Shown here: positions 26,301 through 41,300 of the stretch, piece after piece
Position numbering within the stretch: position 1 is the first letter of the stretch
Layout of the letters: each line of letters begins with the position of its first letter
Notes under the pieces: generated by a model
Databases searched by the model: none
The model's input: only the letters and a program-made list of their open reading frames with translations
Told to the model about the DNA's origin: nothing
DNA from: Eledone cirrhosa
Taxonomy: Eukaryota
NCBI GenBank assembly: GCA_964016885.1
Contig: OZ024741.1
Location: forward strand, 28,582,001 to 28,646,000
DNA: 64,000 bases
Direction: 5' to 3'
Made by a program: the position numbers and the translations under genes

Positions 26301-29300
26301 ACTCTACCGACACTGCCAACCCAAGCATGGTGTCCAACACTCTACCGACACTGCCAACCCAAGCATGGTGTCCAACACTCTACCGACACAGCCAACCCAA
26401 GCATAGTGTCCAACACTCTACCGACACTGCCAACCCAAGCATGGTGTCCAACACTCTACCGACACTGCCAACCCAAGCATGGTGTCCAACACTCTACCGA
26501 CACTGCCAACCCAAGCATGGTGTCCAACACTCTACCGACACAGCCAACCCAAGCATAGTGTCCAACACTCTACCGACACTGCCAACCCAAGCATGGTGTC
26601 CAACACTCTACCGACACTGCCAACCCAAGCATGGTGTCCAACACTCTACCGACACTGCCAACCCAAGCATGATGTCCAACACTCTACCGACACTGCCAAC
26701 CCAAGCATGGTGTCCAACACTCTACCGACACAACCAACCCAAGCATAGTGTCCAACACTCTACCGACACTGCCAACCCAAGCATGGTGTCCAACACTCTA
26801 CCGACACTGCCAACCCAAGCATGATGTCCAACACTCTACCGACACTGCCAACCCAAGCATGGTGTCCAACACTCTACCGACACTGCCAACCCAAGCATGG
26901 TGTCCAACACTCTACCGACACTGCCAACCCAAGCATGATGTCCAACACTCTACCGACACTGCCAACCCAAGCATGATGTCCAACACTCTACCGACACTGC
27001 CAACCCAAGCATGGTGTCCAACACTCTACCGACACTGCCAACCCAAGCATGGTGTCCAACACTCTACCGACACTGCCAACCCAAGCATGGTGTCCAACAC
27101 TCTACCGAGACTGCCAACCCAAGCATGGTGTCCAACACTCTACCGACACAGCCAACCCAAGCATAGTGTCCAACACTCTACCGACACTGCCAACCCAAGC
27201 ATGGTGTCCAACACTCTACCGACACTGCCAACCCAAGCATGGTGTCCAACACTCTACCGACACTGCCAACCCAAGCATGGTGTCCAACACTCTACCGACA
27301 CAGCCAACCCAAGCATAGTGTCCAACACTCTACCGACACTGCCAACCCAAGCATGGTGTCCAACACTCTACCGACACTGCCAACCCAAGCATGGTGTCCA
27401 ACACTCTACCGACACTGCCAACCCAAGCATGGTGTCCAACACTCTACCGACACTGCCAACTCAAGCATGGTGTCCAACACTCTACCGACACTGCCAACCA
27501 AAGTATTGTGTCCAACACTCTACGGACACTGCCAACCCAAGCATAGTGTCCAACACTCTACCGACACTGCCAACCCAAGCATGGTGTCCAACACTCTACC
27601 GACACAGCCAACCCAAGCATGGTGTCCAACACTCTACCGACACTGCCAACCAAAGTATGGTGTCCAACACTCTACCGACACTGCCAACCCAAGCATGGTG
27701 TCCAACACTCTACCGACACTGCCAACCAAAGTATGGTGTCCAACACTCTACCGACACTGCCAACCCAAGCATGGTGTCCAACACTCTACCGACACTGCCA
27801 ACCAAAGTATTGTGTCCAACACTCTACGGACACTGCCAACCCAAGCATAGTGTCCAACACTCTACCGACACTGCCAACCCAAGCATGGTGTCCAACACTC
27901 TACCGACACTGCCAACCCAAGCATGGTGTCCAACACTCTACCGACACTGCCAACCCAAGCATAGTGTCCAACACTCTACCGACACTGCCAACCCAAGCAT
28001 GGTGTCCAACACTCTACCGACACTGCCAACCCAAGCATGGTGTCCAACACTCTACCGACACTGCCAACCCAAGCATGATGTCCAACACTCTACCGACACT
28101 GCCAACCCAAGCATGGTGTCCAACACTCTACCGACACAACCAACCCAAGCATAGTGTCCAACACTCTACCGACACTGCCAACCCAAGCATGGTGTCCAAC
28201 AATCTACCGACACTGCCAACCCAAGCATGGTGTCCAACACTCTACCGACACTGCCAACCCAAGCATGTGGTCCAACACTCTACCGACACTGCCAACCCAA
28301 GCATGGTGTCCAACACTCTACCGACACTGCCAACCCAAGCATAGTGTCCAACACTCTACCGACACTGCCAACCCAAGTATGGTGTCCAACACTCTACCGA
28401 CACTGCCAACCCTAGAATGGTGTCCAACACTCTACCGACAATGCCAACCCAAGCATGGTGTCCGACACTCTACCGACACTGCCAACCCAAGCATGGTGTC
28501 CAACACTCTATCGACACTGCCAACCCAAGCATGGTGTCCAACACTCTACCGACACTGCCAACCCAAGCATGGTGTCCAACACTCTACCGACACTGCCAAC
28601 ACAAACATGGTGTCCAACACTCTACCGACACTGCCAACCCAAGCATGGTGTCCAACACTCTACCGACACTGCCAACCCAAGCATAGTGTCCAACACTCTA
28701 CCGACACTGCCAACCCAAGTATGGTGTCCAACACTCTACCGACACTGCCAACCCTAGAATGGTGTCCAACACTCTACCGACAATGCCAACCCAAGCATGG
28801 TGTCCGACACTCTACCGACACTGCCAACCCAAGCATGGTGTCCAACACTCTATCGACACTGCCAACCCAAGCATGGTGTCCAACACTCTACCGACACTGC
28901 CAACCCAAGCATGGTGTCCAACACTCTACCGACACTGCCAACACAAACATGGTGTCCAACACTCTACCGACACTGCCAACCCAAGCATGGTGTCCAACAC
29001 TCTACCGACACTGCCAACCCAAGTATAGTGTCCAACACTCTACCGACACTGCCAACCCAAGCATGGTGTCCAACACTCTACCGACACTGCCAACCCAAGT
29101 ATAGTGTCCAACACTCTACCGACACTGCCAACCCAAGCATGGTGTCCAACACTCTACCGACACTGCCAACCCAAGCATGTGGTCCAACACTCTACCGACA
29201 CTGCCAACCCAAGCATGGTGTCCAACACTCTACCGACACTGCCAACCCAAGCATGGTGTCCAACACTCTACCGACACTGCCAACCCAAGCATGGTGTCCA

Positions 29301-32300
29301 ACACTCTACCGACACTGCCAACCCAAGCATGGTGTCCAACACTCTACCGACACTGCCAACTCAAACCTGGTGTCCAACACTCTACCGACACTGCCAACCC
29401 AAGCATGGTGTCCAACACTCTACCGACACTGCCAACCCAAGCATAGTGTCCAACACTCTACCGACACTGCCAACCCAAGCATGGTGTCCAACACTCTACC
29501 GACACTGCCAACCCAAGTATAGTGTCCAACACTCTACCGACACTGCCAACCCAAGCATGGTGTCCAACACTCTACCGACACTGCCAACCCAAGCATGTGG
29601 TCCAACACTCTACCGACACTGCCAACCCAAGCATGATGTCCAACACTCTACCGACACTGCCAACCCAAGCATGGTGTCCAACACTCTACCGACACTGCCA
29701 ACTCAAACATGGTGTCCAACACTCTACCGACACTGCCAACCCAAGCATGGTGTCCAACACTCTACCGACACTGCCAACCCAAGTATAGTGTCCAACACTC
29801 TACCGACACTGCCAACCCAAGCATGGTGTCCAACACTCTGCCGACACTGCCAACCCAAGCATGTGGTCCAACACTCTACCGACACTGCCAACCCAAGCAT
29901 GGTGTCCAACACTCTACCGACACTGCCAACCCAAGCATGTGGTCCAACACTCAACCGACACTGCCAACCCAAGTATAGTGTCCAACACTCTACCGACACT
30001 GCCAACCCAAGCATGGTGTCCAACACTCTACCGACACTGCCAACCCAAGTATAGTGTCCAACACTCTACCGACACTGCCAACCCAAGCATGGTGTCCAAC
30101 AGTCTACCGACACTGCCAACCCAAGCATGGTGTCCAACACTCTACCGACACTGCCAACCCTAGAATGGTGTCCAACACTCTACCGACACTGCCAACCCAA
30201 GCATGGTGTCCAACACTCTACCGACACTGCCAACCCAAGCATGTGGTCCAACACTCTACCGACACTGCCAACCCAAGCATGGTGTCCAACACTCTACCGA
30301 CACTGCTAACCCAAGCATGGTGTCCAACACTCTACCGACACTGCCAACCCAAGCATGGTGTCCAACACGCTACCGACACTGCCAACCCAAGCATGATGTC
30401 CAACACTCTACCGACACTGCCAACCCAAGCATGTGGTCCAACACTCTACCGACACTGCCAACCCAAGCATGGTGTCCAACACTCTACTGACACTGCCAAC
30501 CCAAGCATGGTGTCCAACACTCTACCGACACTGCCAACCCAAACATGGTGTCCAACACTCTACCGACACTGCCAACCCAAGCATGGTGTCCAACACTCTA
30601 CCGACACTGCCAACCCAAGCATGGTGTCCAACACTCTACCGACACTGCCAACCCAAGCATGGTGTCCAACACTCTACCGACACTGCCAACCCAAGTATGT
30701 GGTCCAACACTCTACCGACACTGCCAACCCAAGCATGGTGTCCAACACTCTACCGACACTGCCAACCCAAGCATGCGGTCCAACACTCTACCGACACTGC
30801 CAACCCAAGTATGTGGTCCAACACTCTACCGACACTGCCAACCCAAGCATGATGTCCAACACTCTACCGACACTGCCAACCCAAACATGGTGTCCAACAC
30901 TCTACCGACACTGCCAACCCAAGCATGGTGTCCAACACTCTACCGACACTGCCAACCCAAGCATGGTGTCCAACACTCTACCGACACTGCCAACCCAAGC
31001 ATGGTGTCCAACACTCTACCGACACAGCCAAGCCAAGCATAGTGTCCAACACTCTACCGACACTGCCAACCCAAGCATGGTGTCCAACACTCTACCGACA
31101 CTGCCAACCCAAGCATGGTGTCCAACACTCTACCGACACAGCCAACCCAAGCATATTGTCCAACACTCTACCGACACTGCCAACCCAAGCATGGTGTCCA
31201 ACACTCTACCGACACTGCCAACCCAAGCATGGTGTCCAACACTCTACCGACACAGCCAACCCAAGCATGGTGTCCAACACTCTACCGACACAGCCAACCC
31301 AAGCATGGTGTCCAACACTCTACCGACACTGCCAACCCAAGCATGGTGTCCAACACTCTACCGACACTGCCAACCCAAGCATGGTGTCCAACACTCTACC
31401 GACGCTGCCAACCCAAGCATGGTGTCCAACACTCTACCGACACTGCCAATCCAAGCATGTGGTCCAACACTCTACCGACACTGCCAACCCAAGTATGGTG
31501 TCCAACACTCTACCGACACTGCCAACCCAAGCATGGTGTCCAACACTCTACCGACACTGCCAACCCAAGCATGGTGTCCAACAGTCTACCGACACTGCCA
31601 ACCCAAGTATAGTGTCCAACACTCTACCGACACTGCCAACCCAAGCATGGTGTCCAACACTCTACCGACACTGCCAACCCAAGCATGGTGTCCAACACTC
31701 TACCGACACTGCCAACCCAAGCATGGTGTCCAACACTCTACCGACACTGCCAACCCAAGCATGGTGTCCAACACTCTACCGACACTGCCAACCCAAGCAT
31801 GGTGTTCAATACTCTACCGACACAGCCAACCCAAGCATAGTGTCCAACACTCTACCGACACTGCCAACCCAAGCATGGTGTCCAACAGTCTACCGACACT
31901 GCCAACCCAAGCATGGTGTCCAACACTCTACCGACACTGCCAACCCAAGCATGGTGTCCAACACTCTACCGACACTGCCAATCCAAGCATGTGGTCCAAC
32001 ACTCTACCGACACTGCCAACCCAAGTATGGTGTCCAACACTCTACCGACACTGCCAACCCAAGCATGGTGTCCAACACTCTACCGACACTGCCAACCCAA
32101 GCATGGTGTCCAACAGTCTACCGACACTGCCAACCCAAGTATAGTGTCCAACACTCTACCGACACTGCCAACCCAAGCATGGTGTCCAACACTCTACCGA
32201 CACTGCCAACCCAAGCATGGTGTCCAACACTCTACCGACACTACCAACCCAAGCATGGTGTCCAACACTCTACCGACACTGCCAACCCAAGCATGGTGTC

Positions 32301-35300
32301 CAACACTCTACCGACACAGCCAACCCAAGCATAGTGTCCAACACTCTACCGACACTGCCAACCCAAGCATGGTGTCCAACAGTCTACCGACACTGCCAAC
32401 CCAAGCATGGTGTCCAACACTCTACCGACACTGCCAATCCAAGCATGTGGTCCAACACTCTACCGACACTGCCAACCCAAGTATGGTGTCCAACACTCTA
32501 CCGACACTGCCAACCCAAGCATGGTGTCCAACACTCTACCGACACTGCCAACTCAAGCATGGTGTCCAACAGTCTACCGACACTGCCAACCCAAGCATGG
32601 TGTCCAACACTCTACCGACACTGCCAACCCAAGCATGGTCTCCAACACTCTACCGACACTGCCAACCCAAGCATGGTGTCCAACACTCTACCGACACAGC
32701 CAACCCAAGCATAGTGTCCAACACACTACCGACACTGCCAACCCAAGCATGGTGTCCAACACTCTACCGACACTGCCAACCCAAGCATGGTGTCCAACAC
32801 TCTACCGACACTGCCAACCCAAGCATGGTGTCCATCACTCTACCGAGACTGCCAACCCAAGCATGGTGTCCAACACTCTACCGACACAGCCAACCCAAGC
32901 ATAGTGTCCAACACTCTACCGACACTGCCAACCCAAGCATGGTGTCCAACACTCTACCGACACTGCCAACCCAAGCATGGTGTCCAACACTCTACCGACA
33001 CTGCCAACCCAAGCATGGTGTCCAACACTCTACCGACACTGCCAACCCAAGCATGGTGTCCAACACTCTACCGACACTGCCAACCCAAGCATGGTGTCCA
33101 ACACTCTACCGACACTGCCAACCCAAGCATGGTGTCCAACACTCTACCGACACTGCCAACCCAAGCATGGTGTCCAACACTCTACCGACACTGCCAACCC
33201 AAGCATGGTGTCCAACACTCTACCGACACTGCCAACCCAAGCATGGTGTCCAACACTCTACCGACACTGCCAACCAAAGTATTGTGTCCAACACTCTACG
33301 GACACTGCCAACCCAAGCATAGTGTCCAACACTCTACCGACACTGCCAACCCAAGCATGGTGTCCAACACTCTACCGACACTGCCAACCCAAGCATGGTG
33401 TCCAACACTCTACCGACACTGCCAACCCAAGCATAGTGTCCAACACTCTACCGACACTGCCAACCCAAGCATGGTGTCCAACACTCTACCGACACTGCCA
33501 ACCCAAGCATGGTGTCCAACACTCTACCGACACTGCCAACCCAAGCATGGTGTCCAACACTCTACCGACACTGCCAACCCAAGCATGGTGTCCAACACTC
33601 TACCGACACTGCCAACCCAAGCATGGTGTCCAACACTCTAACGACACTGCCAACCCAAGCATGTGGTCCAACACTCTAACGACACTGCCAACCCAAACAT
33701 GGGGTCCAACACTCTACCGACACTGCCAACCCAAGCATGGTGTCCAAAAGTCTACCGACACTGCCAACCCAAGTATAGTGTCCAACACTCTACCGACACT
33801 GCCAACCCAAGCATGGTGTCCAACACTCTACCGACACTGCCAACCCAAGCATGGTGTCCAACACTCTACCGACACTGCCAACCCAAGCATGGTGTCCCAC
33901 ACTCTACCGACACTGCCAACCCAAGCATGGTGTCCAACACTCTACCGACACTGCCAACCCAAGCATGGTGTCCAACACTCTACCGACACTGCCAACCCAA
34001 GCATGGTGTCCAACACTCTACCTACACTGCCAACCCAAGCATGGTGTCCAACACTCTACCGACACAGCCAACCCAAGCATAGTGTCCAACACTCTACCGA
34101 CACTGCCAACCCAAGCATGGTCTTCAACACTCTACCGACACTGCCAACCCAAGCATGGTGTCCAACACTCTACCGACACTGCCAACCCAAGCATGGTGTC
34201 CAACACTCTACCGACACTGCCAACCCAAGCATGGTGTCCAACACTCTACCGACACAGCCAACCCAAGCATGGTGTCCAACACTCTACCGACACTGCCAAC
34301 CCAAGCATGGTGTCCAACACTCTACCGACACTGCCAACCCAAGCATGGTGTCCAACACTCTACCGACACTGCCAACCCAAGCATGGTGTCCAACACTCTA
34401 CCGACACTGCCAACCCAAGCATGGTGTCCAACACTCTACCGACACTGCCAACCCAAGCATGGTGTCCAACACTCTACCGACACAGCCAACCCAAGCATAG
34501 TGTCCAACACTCTACCGACACTGCCAACCCAAGCATGGTGTCCAACACTCTACCGACACTGCCAACCCAAGCATGGTGTCCAACACTCTACCGACACTGC
34601 CAACCCAAGCATGGTGTCCAACACTCTACCGACACAGCCAACCCAAGCATAGTGTCCAACACTCTACCGACACTGCCAACCCAAGCATGGTGTCCAACAC
34701 TCTACCGACATTGCCAACCCAAGCATGGTGTCCAACACTCTACCGACACTGCCAACCCAAGCATGATGTCCAACACTCTACCGACACTGCCAACCCAAGC
34801 ATGGTGTCCAACACTCTACCGACACAACCAACCCAAGCATAGTGTCCAACACTCTACCGACACTGCCAACCCAAGCATGGTGTCCAACACTCTACCGACA
34901 CTGCCAACCCAAGCATGATGTCCAACACTCTACCGACACTGCCAACCCAAGCATGGTGTCCAACACTCTACCGACACTGCCAACCCAAGCATGGTGTCCA
35001 ACACTCTACCGACACTGCCAACCCAAGCATGATGTCCAACACTCTACCGACACTGCCAACCCAAGCATGATGTCCAACACTCTACCGACACTGCCAACCC
35101 AAGCATGGTGTCCAACACTCTACCGACACTGCCAACCCAAGCATGGTGTCCAACACTCTACCGACACTGCCAACCCAAGCATGGTGTCCAACACTCTACC
35201 GAGACTGCCAACCCAAGCATGGTGTCCAACACTCTACCGACACAGCCAACCCAAGCATAGTGTCCAACACTCTACCGACACTGCCAACCCAATCATGGTG

Positions 35301-38300
35301 TCCAACACTCTACCGACACTGCCAACCCAAGCATGGTGTCCAACACTCTACCGACACTGCCAACCCAAGCATGGTGTCCAACACTCTACCGACACAGCCA
35401 ACCCAAGCATAGTGTCCAACACTCTACCGACACTGCCAACCCAAGCATGGTGTCCAACACTCTACCGACACTGCCAACCCAAGCATGGTGTCCAACACTC
35501 TACCGACACTGCCAACCCAAGCATGGTGTCCAACACTCTACCGACACTGCCAACTCAAGCATGGTGTCCAACACTCTACCGACACTGCCAACCAAAGTAT
35601 TGTGTCCAACACTCTACGGACACTGCCAACCCAAGCATAGTGTCCAACACTCTACCGACACTGCCAACCCAAGCATGGTGTCCAACACTCTACCGACACA
35701 GCCAACCCAAGCATGGTGTCCAACACTCTACCGACACTGCCAACCAAAGTATGGTGTCCAACACTCTACCGACACTGCCAACCCAAGCATGGTGTCCAAC
35801 ACTCTACCGACACTGCCAACCAAAGTATGGTGTCCAACACTCTACCGACACTGCCAACCCAAGCATGGTGTCCAACACTCTACCGACACTGCCAACCAAA
35901 GTATTGTGTCCAACACTCTACGGACACTGCCAACCCAAGCATAGTGTCCAACACTCTACCGACACTGCCAACCCAAGCATGGTGTCCAACACTCTACCGA
36001 CACTGCCAACCCAAGCATGGTGTCCAACACTCTACCGACACTGCCAACCCAAGCATAGTGTCCAACACTCTACCGACACTGCCAACCCAAGCATGGTGTC
36101 CAACACTCTACCGACACTGCCAACCCAAGCATGGTGTCCAACACTCTACCGACACTGCCAACCCAAGCATGATGTCCAACACTCTACCGACACTGCCAAC
36201 CCAAGCATGGTGTCCAACACTCTACCGACACAACCAACCCAAGCATAGTGTCCAACACTCTACCGACACTGCCAACCCAAGCATGGTGTCCAACACTCTA
36301 CCGACACTGCCAACCCAAGCATGATGTCCAACACTCTACCGACACTGCCAACCCAAGCATGGTGTCCAACACTCTACCGACACTGCCAACCCAAGCATGG
36401 TGTCCAACAGTCTACCGACACTGCCAACCCAAGCATAGTGTCCAACACTCTACCGACACTGCCAACCCAAGCATGGTGTCCAACAATCTACCGACACTGC
36501 CAACCCAAGCATGGTGTCCAACACTCTACCGACACTGCCAACCCAAGCATGTGGTCCAACACTCTACCGACACTGCCAACCCAAGCATGGTGTCCAACAC
36601 TCTACCGACACTGCCAACCCAAGCATAGTGTCCAACACTCTACCGACACTGCCAACCCAAGTATGGTGTCCAACACTCTACCGACACTGCCAACCCTAGA
36701 ATGGTGTCCAACACTCTACCGACAATGCCAACCCAAGCATGGTGTCCGACACTCTACCGACACTGCCAACCCAAGCATGGTGTCCAACACTCTACCGACA
36801 CTGCCAACCCAAGCATGGTGTCCAACACTCTACCGACACTGCCAACCCAAGCATGGTGTCCAACACTCTACCGACACTGCCAACTCAAACATGGTGTCCA
36901 ACACTCTACCGACACTGCCAACCCAAGCATGGTGTCCAACACTCTACCGACACTGCCAACCCAAGTATAGTGTCCAACACTCTACCGACACTGCCAACCC
37001 AAGCATGGTGTCCAACACTCTACCGACACTGCCAACCCAAGTATAGTGTCCAACACTCTACCGACACTGCCAACCCAAGCATGGTGTCCAACACTCTACC
37101 GACACTGCCAACCCAAGCATAGTGTCCAACACTCTACCGACACTGCCAACCCAAGCATGGTGTCCAACACTCTACCGACACTGCCAACCCAAGTATAGTG
37201 TCCAACACTCTACCGACACTGCCAACCCAACCATGGTGTCCAACACTCTACCGACACTGCCAACCCAAGCATGGTGTCCAACACTCTACCGACACTGCCA
37301 ACCCAAGCATGGTGTCCAACACTCTACCGACACTGCCAACTCAAACATGGTGTCCAACACTCTACCGACACTGCCAACCCAAGCATGGTGTCCAACACTC
37401 TACCGACACTGCCAACCCAAGCATAGTGTCCAACACTCTACCGACACTGCCAACCCAAGCATGGTGTCCAACACTCTACCGACACTGCCAACCCAAGTAT
37501 AGTGTCCAACACTCTACCGACACTGCCAACCCAAGCATGGTGTCCAACACTCTACCGACACTGCCAACCCAAGCATGTGGTCCAACACTCTACCGACACT
37601 GCCAACCCAAGCATGATGTCCAACACTCTACCGACACTGCCAACCCAAGCATGGTGTCCAACACTCTACCGACACTGCCAACTCAAACATGGTGTCCAGC
37701 ACTCTACCGACACTGCCAACCCAAGCATGGTGTCCAACACTCTACCGACACTGCCAACCCAAGTATAGTGTCCAACACTCTACCGACACTGCCAACCCAA
37801 GCATGGTGTCCAACACTCTGCCGACACTGCCAACCCAAGCATGTGGTCCAACACTCTACCGACACTGCCAACCCAAGCATGGTGTCCAACACTCTACCGA
37901 CACTGCCAACCCAAGCATGTGGTCCAACACTCAACCGACACTGCCAACCCAAGTATAGTGTCCAACACTCTACCGACACTGCCAACCCAAGCATGGTGTC
38001 CAACACTCTACCGACACTGCCAACCCAAGTATAGTGTCCAACACTCTACCGACACTGCCAACCCAAGCATGGTGTCCAACAGTCTACCGACACTGCCAAC
38101 CCAAGCATGGTGTCCAACACTCTACCGACACTGCCAACCCTAGAATGGTGTCCAACACTCTACCGACACTGCCAACCCAAGCATGGTGTCCAACACTCTA
38201 CCGACACTGCCAACCCAAGCATGTGGTCCAACACTCTACCGACACTGCCAACCCAAGCATGGTGTCCAACACTCTACCGACACTGCTAACCCAAGCATGG

Positions 38301-41300
38301 TGTCCAACACTCTACCGACACTGCCAACCCAAGCATGGTGTCCAACACTCTACCGACACTGCCAACCCAAGCATGATGTCCAACACTCTACCGACACTGC
38401 CAACCCAAGCATGTGGTCCAACACTCTACCGACACTGCCAACCCAAGCATGGTGTCCAACACTCTACTGACACTGCCAACCCAAGCATGGTGTCCAACAC
38501 TCTACCGACACTGCCAACCCAAACATGGTGTCCAACACTCTACCGACACTGCCAACCCAAGCATGGTGTCCAACACTCTACCGACACTGCCAACCCAAGT
38601 ATAGTGTCCAACACTCTACCGACACTGCCAACCCAAGCATGGTGTCCAACACTCTACCGACACTGCCAACCCAAGTATGGTGTCCAACACTCTACCGACA
38701 CTGCCAACCCAAGTATGTGGTCCAACACTCTACCGACACTGCCAACCCAAGCATGGTGTCCAACACTCTACCGACACTGCCAACCCAAGCATGCGGTCCA
38801 ACACTCTACCGACACTGCCAACCCAAGTATGTGGTCCAACACTCTACCGACACTGCCAACCCAAGCATGATGTCCAACACTCTACCGACACTGCCAACCC
38901 AAACATGGTGTCCAACACTCTACCGACACTGCCAACCCAAGCATGGTGTCCAACACTCTACCGACACTGCCAACCCAAGCATGGTGTCCAACACTCTACC
39001 GACACTGCCAACCCAAGCATGGTGTCCAACACTCTACCGACACAGCCAAGCCAAGCATAGTGTCCAACACTCTACCGACACTGCCAACCCAAGCATGGTG
39101 TCCAACACTCTACCGACACTGCCAACCCAAGCATGGTGTCCAACACTCTACCGACACAGCCAACCCAAGCATATTGTCCAACACTCTACCGACACTGCCA
39201 ACCCAAGCATGGTGTCCAACACTCTACCGACACAGCCAACCCAAGCATATTGTCCAACACTCTACCGACACTGCCAACCCAAGCATGGTGTCCAACACTC
39301 TACCGACACTGCCAACCCAAGCATGGTGTCCAACACTCTACCGACACAGCCAACCCAAGCATGGTGTCCAACACTCTACCGACACAGCCAACCCAAGCAT
39401 GGTGTCCAACACTCTACCGACACAGCCAACCCAAGCATGGTGTCCAACACTCTACCGACACAGCCAACCCAAGCATGGTGTCCAACACTCTACCGACACT
39501 GCCAACCCAAGCATGGTGTCCAACACTCTACCGACACTGCCAACCCAAGCATGGTGTCCAACAGTCTACCGACACTGCCAACCCAAGCATGGTGTCCAAC
39601 ACTCTACCGACGCTGCCAACCCAAGCATGGTGTCCAACACTCTACCGACACTGCCAATCCAAGCATGTGGTCCAACACTCTACCGACACTGCCAACCCAA
39701 GTATGGTGTCCAACACTCTACCGACACTGCCAACCCAAGCATGGTGTCCAACACTCTACCGACACTGCCAACCCAAGCATGGTGTCCAACAGTCTACCGA
39801 CACTGCCAACCCAAGTATAGTGTCCAACACTCTACCGACACTGCCAACCCAAGCATGGTGTCCAACACTCTACCGACACTGCCAACCCAAGCATGGTGTC
39901 CAACACTCTACCGACACTGCCAACCCAAGCATGGTGTCCAACACTCTACCGACACTGCCAACCCAAGCATGGTGTCCAACACTCTACCGACACTGCCAAC
40001 CCAAGCATGGTGTTCAATACTCTACCGACACAGCCAACCCAAGCATAGTGTCCAACACTCTACCGACACTGCCAACCCCAGCATGGTGTCCAACAGTCTA
40101 CCGACACAGCCAACCCAAGCATGGTGTCCAACACTCTACCGACACTGCCAACCCAAGCATGGTGTCCAACACTCTACCGACACTGCCAATCCAAGCATGT
40201 GGTCCAACACTCTACCGACACTGCCAACCCAAGTATGGTGTCCAACACTCTACCGACACTGCCAACCCAAGCATGGTGTCCAACACTCTACCGACACTGC
40301 CAACCCAAGCATGGTGTCCAACAGTCTACCGACACTGCCAACCCAAGTATAGTGTCCAACACTCTACCGACACTGCCAACCCAAGCATGGTGTCCAACAC
40401 TCTACCGACACTGCCAACCCAAGCATGGTGTCCAACACTCTACCGACATTACCAACCCAAGCATGGTGTCCAACACTCTACCGACACTGCCAACCCAAGC
40501 ATGGTGTCCAACACTCTACCGACACAGCCAACCCAAGCATAGTGTCCAACACTCTACCGACACTGCCAACCCAAGCATGGTGTCCAACAGTCTACCGACA
40601 CTGCCAACCCAAGCATGGTGTCCAACACTCTACCGACACTGCCAACCCAAGCATGGTGTCCAACACTCTACCGACACTGCCAATCCAAGCATGTGGTCCA
40701 ACACTCTACCGACACTGCCAACCCAAGTATGGTGTCCAACACTCTACCGACACTGCCAACCCAAGCATGGTGTCCAACACTCTACCGACAGTGCCAACCC
40801 AAGCATGGTGTCGAACAGTCTACCGACACTGCCAACCCAAGCATGGTGTCCAACACTCTACCGACACTGCCAACCCAAGCATGGTGTCCAACACTCTACC
40901 GACACTGCCAACCCAAGCATGGTGTGCAACACTCTACCGACACAGCCAACCCAAGCATAGTGTCCAACACTCTACCGACACTGCCAACCCAAGCATGGTG
41001 TCCAACACTCTACCGACACTGCCAACCCAAGCATGGTGTCCAACACTCTACCGACACTGCCAACCCAAGCATGGTGTCCAACACTCTACCGACACTGCCA
41101 ACCCAAGCATGGTGTCCAACACTCTACCGACACTGCCAACCCAAGCATGGTGTCCAACACTCTACCGACACTGCCAACCCAAGCATGGTGTCCAACACTC
41201 TACCGACACTGCCAACCCAAGCATGGTGTCCAACACTCTACCGACACTGCCAACCCAAGCATGGTGTCCAACACTCTACCGACACTGCCAACCCAAGCAT

